Assembly (NCBI GenBank): GCA_035493835.1
Contig: DATJHO010000052.1
Span: 1,497 to 65,496, forward strand
DNA: 64,000 nucleotides
Direction: 5' to 3'
Origin: Devosiaceae bacterium
GTDB lineage: Bacteria; Pseudomonadota; Alphaproteobacteria; Rhizobiales; Devosiaceae
The position numbers and the translations under genes are program-made. Of the stretch, positions 38,760-50,185 are shown one piece after another (the stretch's first letter is position 1; the number at the start of each line of letters is the position of its first letter). The notes beneath the pieces were generated by a model. The model was given only the letters and a program-made list of their open reading frames with translations. It ran no database searches and was not told where the DNA came from.

Positions 38760-39620
38760 TCAGCTCGTCTTGGCCTTGGTCTTTGGGTTGAGCGCGGTAG
38801 CGAGCGTGCTGCCCGGATTGACCTTGGGCGAAACGCCCTGCTTCTGCAGCAGCTGATAGGCGCTCTGGTACCAGGAGCTGGCGGGATAGTTGTGCCCCAG
38901 CACCGCGGCGGCCGTCTGCGCCTCGCTGACCAGGCCCAGCGCCAGGTTTGCCTCGGTCAGCCGGTAGAGGGCTTCCTCGATCTGGCTAGAGGTCTGGTAG
39001 TTGTCGACAACGTCACGGAAGCGGCCGATGGCGGCGGCGTATTGGCCATTGCCTTCATAATAGCGCCCGACCGACATGTCCTTGCCCGCCAGCTGGTCAT
39101 AGCCGATCTTCAGCTTGGCCGCGGCGTCCTTGGCATAGGGCGACTTGGGATAGGTCTGCACGATCTGCGTGAACGCATCGATCATGTTCTGCGAATTCTG
39201 CTGGTCGCGGGTGATGTCGGTGAGCTGGTTGAAGTACGACATCCCCTTCAGATAGAGCACATAGGGCATGTTCTCGGAAGCCGGGAACAGGGCCGTGTAT
39301 TGGTCGGCAGCCAGAATCGCATCGGGATAGTGCTGCAGCTGGAAATCGGCGAAGACCTGCATCAGCTTGGCCTTCTCGTTGTACTGCGAGTAGGGGTGCT
39401 GCGATTCGAGGGTCTTCAGCGTAGAGAGCGCAGTGTTGTAATTCTGCGCGTCCATGTCCGCGATCGCCGCGTTGTAGAGCGTATCGGGCGGAACGATCGG
39501 CTCTTCCTTGATTTTGGTGCCACCAAAAAGGTCACAGCCTGCCAGCACGACAAGCAGCCCACCCACAGCCACGAACCGCGCTGCGCGGCCGGTATTTACC
39601 GCAAGAGCCTCGAACTTCAC
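38760..39620 (-). CDS. bamD: Outer-membrane protein assembly factor BamD
   Basis: Lipobox LVVLAGC, TPR-like repeats and the YRLTEANLALGL segment. GTG start. Confidence 0.85.
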   Translation of the reverse strand: MKFEALAVNTGRAARFVAVGGLLVVLAGCDLFGGTKIKEEPIVPPDTLYNAAIADMDAQNYNTALSTLKTLESQHPYSQYNEKAKLMQVFADFQLQHYPDAILAADQYTALFPASENMPYVLYLKGMSYFNQLTDITRDQQNSQNMIDAFTQIVQTYPKSPYAKDAAAKLKIGYDQLAGKDMSVGRYYEGNGQYAAAIGRFRDVVDNYQTSSQIEEALYRLTEANLALGLVSEAQTAAAVLGHNYPASSWYQSAYQLLQKQGVSPKVNPGSTLATALNPKTKAKTS

Positions 39621-39688
39621 TTACTGCTCCGCATATTTAGCGACCGCCCAGGCGGCCTTGTACGATGATTCGATCAGAACTGTGACCG

Positions 39689-40645
39689 TCAGCCGACGGA
39701 GCGCAGATAAGGGCTCACGGAAATGCCTTCGGGCATGTCGTCCAGCGCGTCAAACGCCAGGGGAAGATCCTCGGCACTCACTATTTCATAATTGGCTTCG
39801 CTCGCAAACAGCCCGGCCAGCACCAGCGCATTGAGCGCGTGGCCACCGCGATAGGAGCGGAACCGGCCATAGATCGGCAGGCCGCCGAGGGCGAGATCAC
39901 CGATGGCGTCGAGCAGCTTGTGGCGGACGAATTCGTCCTCGTAGCGCAGGCCGCCCGGATTGAGGATTCGATCCTCATGCACCGTGATCGAATTGTCGAG
40001 CGAGGAGCCCAGGGCATAGCCGGCCTGGCGCAGGATCTTGGCATCGCGGACGAAGCCGAAGGTGCGCGCACGGGCGACGTCGTCATAATACTTGCGCGGC
40101 GTCCAGTCGAAGATCATCCGCTGGCGGCCGATCACCTTGCTGTCGAAATCGATCTCAAGATCGAGCGCGCGGCCGTTATAGGGCTCGAGCGCGGCGTGCG
40201 CGTCGTTGTTGCGCACCATCACCGCCCGCATGATCTTGATGTAGCGGCGGTTGGCCGGCTGCACCTCAAGACCGACGCGCATAATTCCCTCAACGAAGGG
40301 CGCGGCGCTGCCGTCGAGGATCGGACATTCGGGGCCGGTCACCACCAGCAGCACGTTGTCGACGCCGATGCCGGAAAGGGCCGAGGTCACATGCTCAATG
40401 GTGGCGACGCTGACGCTGTCGCCGAGGTCCAGCGTCGTGCACAGCGTAGTGCGGGTAATGCGCGAGAAATGGATCGGCACCGGACCAACGCGGCTGCCGT
40501 CTTCCATGCGGCGGGCGATCTGGAAACCTGAATTCGGGGGAGCGGGGTGGAGAGTGAGGGTAACGGGCAGAGCACTATGGACGCCAATACCGGAGAACTC
40601 TAGCGGGGCTGCAAGGGTCCGCTGGCGTGCCGATAATTTCTGCAT
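39689..40645 (-). CDS. lpxC: UDP-3-O-acyl-N-acetylglucosamine deacetylase
   Basis: RQRTLAAPLEFSGIGVHSALPVTLTLHPAP, TIEHVTSAL, FVRHKLLDAIGDLAL. Confidence 0.95.
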   Translation of the reverse strand: MQKLSARQRTLAAPLEFSGIGVHSALPVTLTLHPAPPNSGFQIARRMEDGSRVGPVPIHFSRITRTTLCTTLDLGDSVSVATIEHVTSALSGIGVDNVLLVVTGPECPILDGSAAPFVEGIMRVGLEVQPANRRYIKIMRAVMVRNNDAHAALEPYNGRALDLEIDFDSKVIGRQRMIFDWTPRKYYDDVARARTFGFVRDAKILRQAGYALGSSLDNSITVHEDRILNPGGLRYEDEFVRHKLLDAIGDLALGGLPIYGRFRSYRGGHALNALVLAGLFASEANYEIVSAEDLPLAFDALDDMPEGISVSPYLRSVG

Positions 40646-40753
40646 ACTTATTTACTCCAATTCCCACTGGCACGAGCCAACGCACTCATACTCAAAAACA
40701 AACCGGCGCGGAAGCCGCGCCGGTTGGGGTTTTCAACCGACTTTGACGATCGG

Positions 40754-42427
40754 TTAACCGTGCTTGCGCAGGAACGCCGGGATCTCCAGACGCTCCTTCT
40801 GCGGCGCCGCCGCCGCCGGGCGACCCTGCGGATCGAGCTGGCCGCGCGCGCCTTCCGGCATGGCCTGGGCGCGCGAAACCCTTGCGCCGCCTGCTTCTAT
40901 GGCGCTTCGGGCTGCCGCGTCATCGCTCGCGCTATAGGTGGTTTCGTCCTGCCCCTGATCGTGCTGCTGGCGCAGGTTGATACCCACATTCGAGGCAAGG
41001 CGCTTGAACAGCGCACGGGCATTGCGGGGCTCCGCCTCCTGCCGATCTGTGGCCTCAAGTGACCTTCGTGCAACAGCCGGAAGCTCCTCCGTGCGCGGCA
41101 TGCGGCGCTGTCCATCCGGACGAGCCGCATGCGAGGGTACGTAGACGCTCGGAACTGGCGCCTCATCGACTCGCACGTGGTCCTCGAAGTGCTCGTGAGT
41201 CGCCGAGGGGATGTAGGGCTCGACGAGCACGCCGTCGTCTTCGACATAGGCGGACTGCGTATCGCCAAGGCTGATCGCCTCGGCCACAGCGGCCTCGACC
41301 TGGCTCTCGATTTCAGGCTCAGGGCGGTAGGATTCGGCGCGCGGCGGCTGCTGAACCTCGGTCTGGACACGGTGGTGCGGCTGGACTTCGAGCGGCGGAC
41401 GCCGCACGGAAATCGCCGCGCGATTTGCATTCGGCGTCACCGGATCCATGGCCTGCACCATGGTGGCATCCGTCCCCGTAGCAACCACGGACACCCGAAT
41501 GCGCCCATCGAGGTTGTTGTCGAACGTCGCGCCGAGAATGATATTGGCGTCGGCGTCCACTTCTTCGCGGATGCGGCTCGCGGCCTCGTCCACTTCATAA
41601 AGAGTGAGGTCGGGACCGCCGGTGATCGAGATCAGCAACCCCCTCGCGCCGTGCATCGACACGTCGTCGAGCAGCGGGTTGGCAATAGCGGCTTCGGCGG
41701 CATGGCGCGCACGATCTTCGCCCGATGCCTCGCCCGTACCCATCATCGCCTTGCCCATGCCGCGCATGACGGCGCGCACGTCGGCGAAGTCGAGATTGAT
41801 GAGGCCTTCCTTGACCATCAGGTCGGTGATGCAGCCGACGCCGGAATAAAGCACCTGGTCGGCCATCTTGAAGGCATCGGCGAAGGTGGTCTTCTCGTTG
41901 GCCACCCGGAATAGATTCTGGTTCGGGATGACGATCAGCGTATCGACATGCCGGTGCAGTTCATCGATGCCGTCATCGGCCAGACGCGTACGGCGATTGC
42001 CTTCGAACTGGAAGGGCTTGGTCACGACGCCAACGGTCAGGATGCCCTGCTCGCGCGCCGCCCGCGCGATCACAGGCGCCGCACCCGTACCGGTGCCGCC
42101 ACCCATGCCCGCGGTGATGAACACCATGTGCGAGCCCGAGAGGTGGTCGTTGATTTCGTCAAAACTCTCTTCGGCCGCCGCCCGACCCACTTCCGGATGC
42201 GAGCCCGCACCGAGGCCCTCGGTGACCGACACGCCCAGCTGGATAATGCGCTGCGCCTTGGACAACGCCAGCGCCTGCGCGTCGGTGTTGGCACAAACGA
42301 AATCGACCCCCTCAAGCCCGGAGGTGATCATGTTGTTGACCGCGTTGCCGCCTGCCCCACCGACACCGAAAACCGTAATGCGCGGCTTGAGTTCCTGAAT
42401 GTTCGGGATCGATAGGTTGATCGTCAT
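40754..42427 (-). CDS. ftsZ: Cell division GTPase FtsZ with a long alphaproteobacterial linker
   Basis: [15 protein letters not shown] and [15 protein letters not shown] tubulin signature, about 200-aa disordered linker, C-terminal LEIPAFLRK peptide. ATG at 42425-42427. Confidence 0.95.
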   Translation of the reverse strand: MTINLSIPNIQELKPRITVFGVGGAGGNAVNNMITSGLEGVDFVCANTDAQALALSKAQRIIQLGVSVTEGLGAGSHPEVGRAAAEESFDEINDHLSGSHMVFITAGMGGGTGTGAAPVIARAAREQGILTVGVVTKPFQFEGNRRTRLADDGIDELHRHVDTLIVIPNQNLFRVANEKTTFADAFKMADQVLYSGVGCITDLMVKEGLINLDFADVRAVMRGMGKAMMGTGEASGEDRARHAAEAAIANPLLDDVSMHGARGLLISITGGPDLTLYEVDEAASRIREEVDADANIILGATFDNNLDGRIRVSVVATGTDATMVQAMDPVTPNANRAAISVRRPPLEVQPHHRVQTEVQQPPRAESYRPEPEIESQVEAAVAEAISLGDTQSAYVEDDGVLVEPYIPSATHEHFEDHVRVDEAPVPSVYVPSHAARPDGQRRMPRTEELPAVARRSLEATDRQEAEPRNARALFKRLASNVGINLRQQHDQGQDETTYSASDDAAARSAIEAGGARVSRAQAMPEGARGQLDPQGRPAAAAPQKERLEIPAFLRKHG

Positions 42428-42576
42428 GAAGGGCCCCATGCTGGCGGTTTAGTGCTACTTTTAGTCACCAAATCGTTAACCAGACCCTAACGAATGCGTC
42501 GAAATCCTTAACGGACGTGCAATTTGCAACGCCTTGGGAGGCATCGATTACCGCCCGTTAAGGCATGAAATTCAGG

Positions 42577-42599
42577 CAAAAACGGCCTCAGGCGGCCGT
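42577..42599 (-). terminator. Probable rho-independent terminator overlapping the stop codon of the FMN reductase gene
   Basis: Minus strand reads ACGGCC-GCCUGA-GGCCGU followed by UUUUUG. The stem is only 6 bp. Confidence 0.45.
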
Positions 42600-43157
42600 G
42601 CGCATGCCCTTGAGCGGCCCCGTCCACTTCTTTAACTCGGCCAGCATCGCGGCGGCGCCCTGCAGCATCTGGTCGTTCGGCGTAAGCACGCCGTCGGGGT
42701 CGATGAACTGCGTAAAGAAGGGCACGTGAACCGCTTCCGGGAGCGGTACGACCTTGAGCGTGGTGATGATCTGCTTGAACATCTGCAGCCCGCGCGTGCC
42801 GGCCGACACGCCACCATAGCTGACGAAACCCATCGGCTTGTAGAACCACTCGCTGAACAGGTAGTCGAAGGCATTGATCAGCGCCGGCGAGGGGCCATAA
42901 TTGTATTCCGGCACGACGGCGATGAAGGCGTCGGCGGCATCCACCAGCGCACTCCACTGCTTGGTGTGGTCGTAGTGGTAGTGCTTGAGACGGGGATGGT
43001 CGGGCTCGTCCAGCATCGGCAGGTTGAGCTCCTTGAGATCGACTGCAGTGATCTCCCAGTCTTCAGTCTTGCGCGCCACTTCCTCGATCCATTTCGCCAG
43101 GATCGGCCCTTTGCCCCCATCACGGGTAGTTGCCGTGATGATCATCAACTTATGCAT
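42588..43157 (-). CDS. NAD(P)H-dependent FMN reductase family oxidoreductase, located between ftsA and ftsZ
   Basis: 189 aa. KLMIITATTRDGGKG, VVPEYNYGPSPALINAFDYL and SYGGVSAGTRG motifs. Same family as ORF 3001..3603. Confidence 0.75.
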   Translation of the reverse strand: MHKLMIITATTRDGGKGPILAKWIEEVARKTEDWEITAVDLKELNLPMLDEPDHPRLKHYHYDHTKQWSALVDAADAFIAVVPEYNYGPSPALINAFDYLFSEWFYKPMGFVSYGGVSAGTRGLQMFKQIITTLKVVPLPEAVHVPFFTQFIDPDGVLTPNDQMLQGAAAMLAELKKWTGPLKGMRTAA

Positions 43158-43261
43158 GTAGAACTTCCGCTATAGGTACCGCTCCATGGCGGCACCCAAG
43201 CTCGTTGCCGAAAATAGCTTCCCGGTCTAGTCGGATTGACGCATGCGGCGCATGCGTTCCG

Positions 43262-44575
43262 TCAAAAGCTCGTGCGCAGCCAATTGCCGACGCGGGCGAA
43301 ATAGCCGTCGGTGCCGGTGAGCCGGCGGGTGTTGCGCGGCTCGACATATTCCTGGGCGCAGATCTGCGGATAGACCATCATGCCGGCAACCGTTGCAAAG
43401 CCGGCGCCCTTGGCCATTTCCGGCAGGCCGGTGATCCCCATCGGGCGCCCGTTGCGGACATTGCGGGCCAAAAGCCGCCTTGCGACTTCCGGCAGGCCGG
43501 TCAGTTCGCTTGCCCCGCCGGTGAGTACGAAGCGGCGGCCGCACACATCCATCATGCCCGTCGCCTGCATGCGATCGCGAACGGCGGTGAGGATTTCCTC
43601 GATGCGCGGGCGCAGGATCCGGATGATGGCCGAGCGCGGCACCTGCCCGGGAGCCTCGTCGATCGTTGCACCCACCGGCACGATCGGGATCATCTCGCGC
43701 TCGTCGGACTGGCCCGGCAGCACGCTGCCATAGATTGTCTTCATCCGCTCCGCATCGGCCACGCCGATCGAAAGCTGGCGTGCGAGGTCGAGCGTCAGAT
43801 GATGGCCGCCGATGGCGATGGCGTCCGCATAGACGAGGTGGCTGTCGGAAAACACCGAAACCGTGGTCGTCGCCCCGCCGAAATCGATGCAGGCGACGCC
43901 CAGCTGCGCCTCGTCATCGACCAGCGTCGCGAGCCCGCTTGCATAAGGGGTCGCGACCAGCGCCTCGATCTGCAAATGGCAGCGATGCAGCACCAGTTCG
44001 ATATTGCGCATCGCCAGCGTCTCGGCGCTTACCACGGCAACATCGACGCCGAGCTTTTCGCCGACCATGCCGAGCGGCTCCCGGATCCCCCGTTGCCCGT
44101 CGAGCGAATAGCCGATCGGCAGCGCGTGGATGATCGAGCGCTCCGGCCTGACGCTGCGCTCGTTCACCGCCCGCAGCACGCGGACGAGATCGCTCTTTTC
44201 GACCTCCTGCCCGCCCAGCGACACGGCCGCCGAAAACGTCTCCGATCCGAGACGCCCGGCGGTGACGTTGACCAGCACGGATTCGAGCGTCAGCCCCGCG
44301 GCGCGCTCGGCCATGCCGACGACCGATCGGATCGCCTGCTCGGCCTTGTCGAGATCGGTGATCACGCCGCTCTTGATGCCCGAGGATTTGCCATAGCCGA
44401 AGCCGATCACCTCGGCCGAATGGGTGCGGCCCTTGAGCGACTTGCTTTCCGGCTTGGGGGTGAGCCGGGCGATCACGCAGCAGATCTTGGTCGAGCCGAT
44501 GTCGAGCACCGACACCAGGCTCGGACGCCCCGGCTGCACTGGCTTCAGCCTTGCGGTCATTGCTTCAGTCATCAT
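43262..44575 (-). CDS. ftsA: Cell division protein FtsA (actin-like ATPase)
   Basis: VSVLDIGSTKICCVIA phosphate-1 motif, VACIDFGGATTTVSVF, LTGGASELTGL. Start trimmed to ATG 44573-44575, directly after the ftsQ stop. Confidence 0.9.
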   Translation of the reverse strand: MMTEAMTARLKPVQPGRPSLVSVLDIGSTKICCVIARLTPKPESKSLKGRTHSAEVIGFGYGKSSGIKSGVITDLDKAEQAIRSVVGMAERAAGLTLESVLVNVTAGRLGSETFSAAVSLGGQEVEKSDLVRVLRAVNERSVRPERSIIHALPIGYSLDGQRGIREPLGMVGEKLGVDVAVVSAETLAMRNIELVLHRCHLQIEALVATPYASGLATLVDDEAQLGVACIDFGGATTTVSVFSDSHLVYADAIAIGGHHLTLDLARQLSIGVADAERMKTIYGSVLPGQSDEREMIPIVPVGATIDEAPGQVPRSAIIRILRPRIEEILTAVRDRMQATGMMDVCGRRFVLTGGASELTGLPEVARRLLARNVRNGRPMGITGLPEMAKGAGFATVAGMMVYPQICAQEYVEPRNTRRLTGTDGYFARVGNWLRTSF

Positions 44576-44576
44576 C

Positions 44577-45542
44577 TTAATCGCCCGCCGGCGCCGCGTA
44601 ATCGGCGTCCGCTCCCGGATTTTTCTTTTCGCTGTTCTTGAGGTTGTCGAGCCTCGCCTTGGCGGCCGCCGCCAATTGCTGGGCCGCGGCCTGGGACGGC
44701 TCGACCGCCACAATCCCGGGCACGCGCAGATCGACCACCACGATGTCCCGCTGCAACAGCTGGAATTTGTCCTGCAGCGTCATCAGTTGGGCCAGCGCCT
44801 GCGCCACCCCGCTCTCGGGCAGCTGGATGCGGAGCCCCGACTGGTAAATCATGTCCCAGCGCCGGTCGGCGATGCGCGACAGGGCCACCAGCCCCTGCTT
44901 CAACGCCGGATACTGGTTCATCGCCATGAGCATCACCATGGCGTCGTCGCCCGCCGCATCGCCGACGACCAGCGGAAGGCTCGGATAGTCGCCGCCGTTT
45001 TCCGAAATCTTGGCGCCGGTGCTGTCGATCAGATAGGTCACCCCGTTCAGGCGCCAGCGCGCCACCGGCACGCGCTCGGTCACCGACACATAAACATGGC
45101 TGGGATAAACCTTGCGCACGGTCGCTTCGGACACGGCCGGCAGCGCCTCGATCGCCTGGCGCGCCGCATCGGCATCGAAGTTGAACATCGAGGTTTCAGG
45201 CCTGATCGCCAGCGCCGAGACGATTGTCTTCTCGTCGGTCAGGGACATGCCGCTGATCGAAATTCGCGCGATCGCAAAGGGCGAATGCGCCAGCTGCCGC
45301 TCGCCGAGCACGTAGAGATTGCCGGCCTGCGTGCCGATTTCCTCGCGCACCTGATAGAGTCCGCCGCCGACCGCGCAGCAGCCGAGCAGCACCATTCCCT
45401 GCAGCACGCGCTTGCGATGCAGCACCCACACCCGGCCGATGTTCAGGAACGAGCGGCGGCGCGGCGCCGCGATCAGCCCCGGCAGCCGCTTGGGATCGAC
45501 GGCGATGGCACTGGCGAAGGCATCTGCGCCTACCTGTTGCAA
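44577..45542 (-). CDS. ftsQ: Cell division protein FtsQ
   Basis: Single TM ([18 protein letters not shown]), then POTRA/FtsQ domain ([16 protein letters not shown]...[22 protein letters not shown]). TTG start, uncertain. Confidence 0.8.
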   Translation of the reverse strand: MQQVGADAFASAIAVDPKRLPGLIAAPRRRSFLNIGRVWVLHRKRVLQGMVLLGCCAVGGGLYQVREEIGTQAGNLYVLGERQLAHSPFAIARISISGMSLTDEKTIVSALAIRPETSMFNFDADAARQAIEALPAVSEATVRKVYPSHVYVSVTERVPVARWRLNGVTYLIDSTGAKISENGGDYPSLPLVVGDAAGDDAMVMLMAMNQYPALKQGLVALSRIADRRWDMIYQSGLRIQLPESGVAQALAQLMTLQDKFQLLQRDIVVVDLRVPGIVAVEPSQAAAQQLAAAAKARLDNLKNSEKKNPGADADYAAPAGD

Positions 45543-46450
45543 CTCGCGTCCTCCACCATCCAGCTGACCAGTTCTTCAAAGGAGTGGCCCGCATGGAGAG
45601 CCTGCTCCGGCACCAGGGAGGTGGGCGTCATGCCCGGCTGGGTGTTGATTTCCAGACAGACCAGCTCGCCATCGCCCCCTGCCCGGTCGTTGAAACGGAA
45701 ATCCGTCCGTGTCACGCCTCGACAGCCGAGCGCCTCATGGGCTTTGAGGCTCATTTTCTGTACTTTTTCGTAAATAATCGGTGAAATATTCGCCGGAATG
45801 ATGTGGCGCGACCCGCCTTCGGCGTATTTTGCCTCATAATTGTAGAACGAAAGGTCGGTGACGATCTCCGTCACCCCCAGTGCGACGCCGCCCATCACCG
45901 CGCAGGTCAGCTCGCGGCCAGGAATATAGCGCTCGACCATCACCTCTTCGCCGCCGACCCAATCCTCGCGGAGAATCTCCTGCGGCGGATGGCCGTGATC
46001 GGCCTTGACGATGAAAACGCCAAAGCTCGACCCATCAGCGATCGGCTTGACCACATAAGGCGGCTGCATGGCATGCGCCCGGGCAACCTCGGCACGGTTG
46101 AGGATCAGATGGTCGGTCACGGGAACGCCCGCGGCCTTGAGCATGATCTTGGCCTGGTGCTTGTCCATCGCCAGCGCCGAGGCGAGCACGCCCGAATGGG
46201 TATAGGGAATTTCCAGCAGCTCGAGCAGCGCCTGCATCATGCCGCTCTCGCCAAATGCCCCATGAAGCGCGTTGAACGCCACATCCGGCCGGAGGCGCCC
46301 CAGCACCTCGGCCACGTCGCGGCCGACATCGACCTCGGTCACCTCGTAACCAGCGTTACGCAGCGCCTGCGCGCAGGCCTTGCCCGAACTCAGCGACACC
46401 GGCCGCTCATTCGACCAGCCCCCCATCAGGACGGCGACGTGCTTGGTCAT
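45530..46450 (-). CDS. ddl: D-alanine--D-alanine ligase
   Basis: [60 protein letters not shown]. Confidence 0.95.
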   Translation of the reverse strand: MTKHVAVLMGGWSNERPVSLSSGKACAQALRNAGYEVTEVDVGRDVAEVLGRLRPDVAFNALHGAFGESGMMQALLELLEIPYTHSGVLASALAMDKHQAKIMLKAAGVPVTDHLILNRAEVARAHAMQPPYVVKPIADGSSFGVFIVKADHGHPPQEILREDWVGGEEVMVERYIPGRELTCAVMGGVALGVTEIVTDLSFYNYEAKYAEGGSRHIIPANISPIIYEKVQKMSLKAHEALGCRGVTRTDFRFNDRAGGDGELVCLEINTQPGMTPTSLVPEQALHAGHSFEELVSWMVEDASCNR

Positions 46451-46482
46451 CGGATTGCCTCCGCCCGCCCCACAACCTCGGC

Positions 46483-46581
46483 GTCATTCCCGCGAACGCG
46501 GGAATCCATCTCCGGCCCGCGGCGGCAGGCTTGCGGCGGATCAACGGCGGCAAAATGGATTCCCGCGTTCGCGGGAATGAC
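46483..46581. repeat. Family A REP doublet in the ddl-murB spacer
   Basis: GTCATTCCCGCGAACGCGGGAATCCAT (46483-46509) and ATGGATTCCCGCGTTCGCGGGAATGAC (46555-46581). Identical to the units at 21069-21179 but in the opposite arm order. Confidence 0.8.
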
Positions 46582-46610
46582 GCCGTGGAAGATGAAAAGC
46601 TTGGTGCTCA

Positions 46611-47588
46611 TCACACGGCCCCCGTGAACACATCGCCGTCCAAAAACTCCCGCACTTCCTGCCCCGGCACGAAATGCCCCATGCGGCGGATTTCCCATTT
46701 GAGTTCGATGCCGGAGTTCGCCCGCACCCGGTTGCGCACCGTCTCGCCCAGCGTCTCGATGGCATTGGCGTCGGCATCGCCCAGGTTGAGCAGAAAGTTG
46801 GCGTGCATTTCCGACATCTGCGCCCCACGGATGGTGAGCCCACGGCACCCCGCCTCGTCGACGAGCTTCCACGAAGAAAGCCCCTCGGGGTTCTTGAACG
46901 TCGAGCCGCCGGTCCTCGCCCGCGTCGGCTGCGAACCCTCGCGCTTTTCGGTGATCTCGCGCATCCGCGCCAGGATCTCGTCCTTTTCGCCGGGCAGGCC
47001 CTGGTAGATCACGGACGTGAACACCGCGCCGCGCGGCCCGTTCGATTTGCGGTAGAGGTAGCCCATATCGGCATTGGAAAGGGTGATGATCTCCCCTTCC
47101 CGCGTCACCGCGCGAAGCTCCGCCATCCGCTCGCGCGTTTCGCTGCCATAACAGCCGGCGTTCATGTAGAGCGCGCCGCCGATGCCGCCGGGAATGCCGC
47201 GATAAAAGCTCAGCCCGTCAATGCCCGCTTCGGCCGCCGCAGTGGCCACTTTTACGTCAGGCATCGCCGTCCCGACGCGAAGACGATGCCCCTCCAGCAC
47301 CTCGACCCCGCCAAAGCCCTTGGCCGGGAGCCGGATCACCACGCCATCAAGGCCACCGTCACGGATCAGAAGGTTCGAGCCCAGCCCGATCACCGTCACC
47401 CTGATGTGTTGCGGCAAGTGCTTGAGAAAGAAGGCGAGGTCGGCTTCGTCCGCCGGCTGGAAGAACAGCTGCGCCGGCCCGCCCACCCTGAACCAGGTGA
47501 CTTCGCTCAGCGCCTGGTTGGGCGTCAGCCGCCCGCGCACCTCGGAAACCCAAGGTTGAAGTTCTGGTAGAAGATCAGGCCAGCTCAT
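46611..47588 (-). CDS. murB: UDP-N-acetylenolpyruvoylglucosamine reductase
   Basis: [59 protein letters not shown] 47586-47588 overlaps the murC stop (ATGA). Confidence 0.9.
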   Translation of the reverse strand: MSWPDLLPELQPWVSEVRGRLTPNQALSEVTWFRVGGPAQLFFQPADEADLAFFLKHLPQHIRVTVIGLGSNLLIRDGGLDGVVIRLPAKGFGGVEVLEGHRLRVGTAMPDVKVATAAAEAGIDGLSFYRGIPGGIGGALYMNAGCYGSETRERMAELRAVTREGEIITLSNADMGYLYRKSNGPRGAVFTSVIYQGLPGEKDEILARMREITEKREGSQPTRARTGGSTFKNPEGLSSWKLVDEAGCRGLTIRGAQMSEMHANFLLNLGDADANAIETLGETVRNRVRANSGIELKWEIRRMGHFVPGQEVREFLDGDVFTGAV

Positions 47589-49006
47589 GGCTCCACTTCC
47601 TTGCCCATCAGGGCGCCCAGCTCGGCGGGGAGCGTCGCCGCCCACTGCGTGATGTTGCCCGCCCCGAGGAGGACAACATAGTCGCCCTCCCCGACCCGGC
47701 CGGCGAGCAGCGATGCCAGTTCCTCCGGCCGGTCCATCACGCGCGCGTCGCGATGGCCGCGCGCCCGGATGCGGGAGACGAGTTCCTCATGGGTGACGCC
47801 CGGGATCGGCTGCTCGCCCGCCGCATAGACCGGCGCCACGATGACCGTGTCCGCATCGTTGAAGGCAACGGCGAAATCATCGAACAGGTCATGGAGCCGG
47901 GAATACCGGTGCGGCTGCACCACGGCGATGACGTCGCGCCGGGTCGATTGCCGCGCCGCCCGCAGCACCGAGGAAATTTCCACTGGATGGTGCCCGTAAT
48001 CGTCGATCACGGTCACGCCGCCGACGACGCCGGTGCGGGTGAAGCGCCGCTTTACGCCGGAAAAGGCCTTGAGGCCCTTGCGGATAGCCTCGGCCGGAAT
48101 GTGCAACTGATCCGCCACCGCGATTGCGGCAGTGGCGTTGAGCGCATTGTGCTCCCCCGGCATGGGCAGCGTCAGCCCGTCGATCCGCAATTGCGTCATG
48201 CGGATGCGGTCGCGGATCTCGACCGAGAAATGGCTCTGGCCATCCACGATCTGGAGATCGATCAGCCGCACATCGGCCTGCGGGTTGGTGCCATAGGTGA
48301 TGACGCGGCGATCACGCACCTGCCCCACCAGCGACTGCACCTCGGGGTGGTCGATGCACATGACCGCAAAACCGTAGAACGGCACGTTCTCCACGAAATT
48401 GTGGAACGCCCGCTTCACGCCCTCGAAGTCGTGATAGTGGTCGAGATGCTCGGGATCGATATTGGTGACCACAACCACATCGGCCGGCAATTTAACGAAA
48501 GTGCCGTCGCTCTCGTCGGCTTCAACCACCATCCACTCGCCGCCGCCCAGGCGCGCATTGGTGCCGTAGGCATTGATGATGCCACCATTGATGACGGTGG
48601 GGTCGTAGTTGGCGGCATCGAGCAGCGTTGCCACGAGCGTGGTTGTCGTAGTCTTCCCATGCGTGCCGCCGATGGCGATCGCGTTCTTGAAACGCATGAT
48701 CTCGGCCAGCATTTCGGCCCGCCGCACGATCGGCAGCCCGCGCGCCCGCGCCGCGACCAGTTCCGGATTGTCGCCCTTGATCGCCGAGGAAACCACGACC
48801 ACGGCGGCATCCTTCAAATTCTCGGGCCTCTGGCCGACTTCGACCGGAATGCCCATGTCGCGCAGGCGCTGCACATTAGGATTGAGCGCGCTGTCGGAGC
48901 CACGCACCGCGTAATTCTGGTTGTGCAGAATCTCGGCAATGCCGCTCATGCCGATGCCGCCGATACCGACAAAATGCACCGGCCCGATATTGCGCGGCAT
49001 CTTCAT
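47585..49006 (-). CDS. murC: UDP-N-acetylmuramate--L-alanine ligase
   Basis: [42 protein letters not shown]. Confidence 0.95.
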   Translation of the reverse strand: MKMPRNIGPVHFVGIGGIGMSGIAEILHNQNYAVRGSDSALNPNVQRLRDMGIPVEVGQRPENLKDAAVVVVSSAIKGDNPELVAARARGLPIVRRAEMLAEIMRFKNAIAIGGTHGKTTTTTLVATLLDAANYDPTVINGGIINAYGTNARLGGGEWMVVEADESDGTFVKLPADVVVVTNIDPEHLDHYHDFEGVKRAFHNFVENVPFYGFAVMCIDHPEVQSLVGQVRDRRVITYGTNPQADVRLIDLQIVDGQSHFSVEIRDRIRMTQLRIDGLTLPMPGEHNALNATAAIAVADQLHIPAEAIRKGLKAFSGVKRRFTRTGVVGGVTVIDDYGHHPVEISSVLRAARQSTRRDVIAVVQPHRYSRLHDLFDDFAVAFNDADTVIVAPVYAAGEQPIPGVTHEELVSRIRARGHRDARVMDRPEELASLLAGRVGEGDYVVLLGAGNITQWAATLPAELGALMGKEVEP

Positions 49007-49078
49007 GGTTTTACCCCTGTTCTGGGAGCGTGTCCGGCAAGAAGGATCGTCCGCTTTGACGGTCCGAACGCGCGACGA

Positions 49079-50185
49079 TTACACATTGTGCGGCTTCCTG
49101 CCGGCGGCGAGCTTTTCGGCCAAATCGGCCAGAAGCGCAACTGCGTCCGGCCGTCCGAGCGATTTTGCGACGGCGGCAGCCTTGGCTAGCGACTGCGGCG
49201 CGCTCAAAAGCGCGTTGAGCCGCTCCGCCAATGCCTGCGGCGTCAGCGAGGCCTGCTCGGCGATCCAGCCGCCCCCTGCCTGATCGAGCACCAGGGCGTT
49301 GTTCTTCTGGTCGGCGTCAATGGCACCCGGCAGCGGTATGAGAATCGCCGGACGGCCGATGACGCAGAGTTCGGCGACAGTGCCGCCACCCGAACGCGAA
49401 ATCACCAAATGGCTCTGCGCCATCCGCTCCGGCAAATCGGAGAAGAACGGAGCGAGATCGACATTGATCTTGGCCAGCCGATAGGCGTCCGTCACCTGAT
49501 CCATGTCTTCCGCCCGGACCTGCTGCACCAGCGCCAGTCGCGAGCGCAATTGCGGCGGCAGCAGCGCGATGGCGGCCGGTACGAGCTGCCCGAAAGCGCG
49601 TGCGCCCTGGCTGCCGCCGAAGACCAGCACGCGAATGGCATCGTTAGGGCCGAGCATCGGGTAGGGAACCTTCGCGGCTTCCCGCGCCCGGTCGCGCACC
49701 GGATTGCCAGTGATCACCACCTTTTCGGCAAATTCCTCGCTGCGGGCGGTGTGCTCGAAGCACAAGGCCAGCTTGTCGGCAAAGCGGGCGAGAAGGTGAT
49801 TTGCCCGGCCGAGAACCGCATTTGAGTCATGCACCGCCCCCGGTATCCCCCTGAGCCTTGCGGCAAGGAAGGAGGGGACGGTCGGGTAGCCGCCGAAGGC
49901 GATCGCGGCATCGGCACGAATGCCGCCCAATTGCTGCCAGGCGACACTAATGCCCCAGAGAATTTTGAGAGCCGCCGCAGCAAGCTTCACCGGATTGCGG
50001 ATCGAAGGCGTCGCCGAGGGCACCACATGGGTTTGCTCGGCGAGAAAATTGTCGCCATACCCGGAAACGCGCTCATCGGTCATCAGGTGGATGACATGGC
50101 CCCGCCGGCGCAATTCCTGCGCCAGCGCCATGGCCGGGAAGAGATGCCCCCCCGTGCCTCCAGCCATCAGGACAATGGTGCTCAT
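49079..50185 (-). CDS. murG: Undecaprenyldiphospho-muramoylpentapeptide beta-N-acetylglucosaminyltransferase
   Basis: IVLMAGGTGGHLFPAMALAQEL, VFGGSQGA, SRSGGGTVAEL. Confidence 0.95.
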   Translation of the reverse strand: MSTIVLMAGGTGGHLFPAMALAQELRRRGHVIHLMTDERVSGYGDNFLAEQTHVVPSATPSIRNPVKLAAAALKILWGISVAWQQLGGIRADAAIAFGGYPTVPSFLAARLRGIPGAVHDSNAVLGRANHLLARFADKLALCFEHTARSEEFAEKVVITGNPVRDRAREAAKVPYPMLGPNDAIRVLVFGGSQGARAFGQLVPAAIALLPPQLRSRLALVQQVRAEDMDQVTDAYRLAKINVDLAPFFSDLPERMAQSHLVISRSGGGTVAELCVIGRPAILIPLPGAIDADQKNNALVLDQAGGGWIAEQASLTPQALAERLNALLSAPQSLAKAAAVAKSLGRPDAVALLADLAEKLAAGRKPHNV

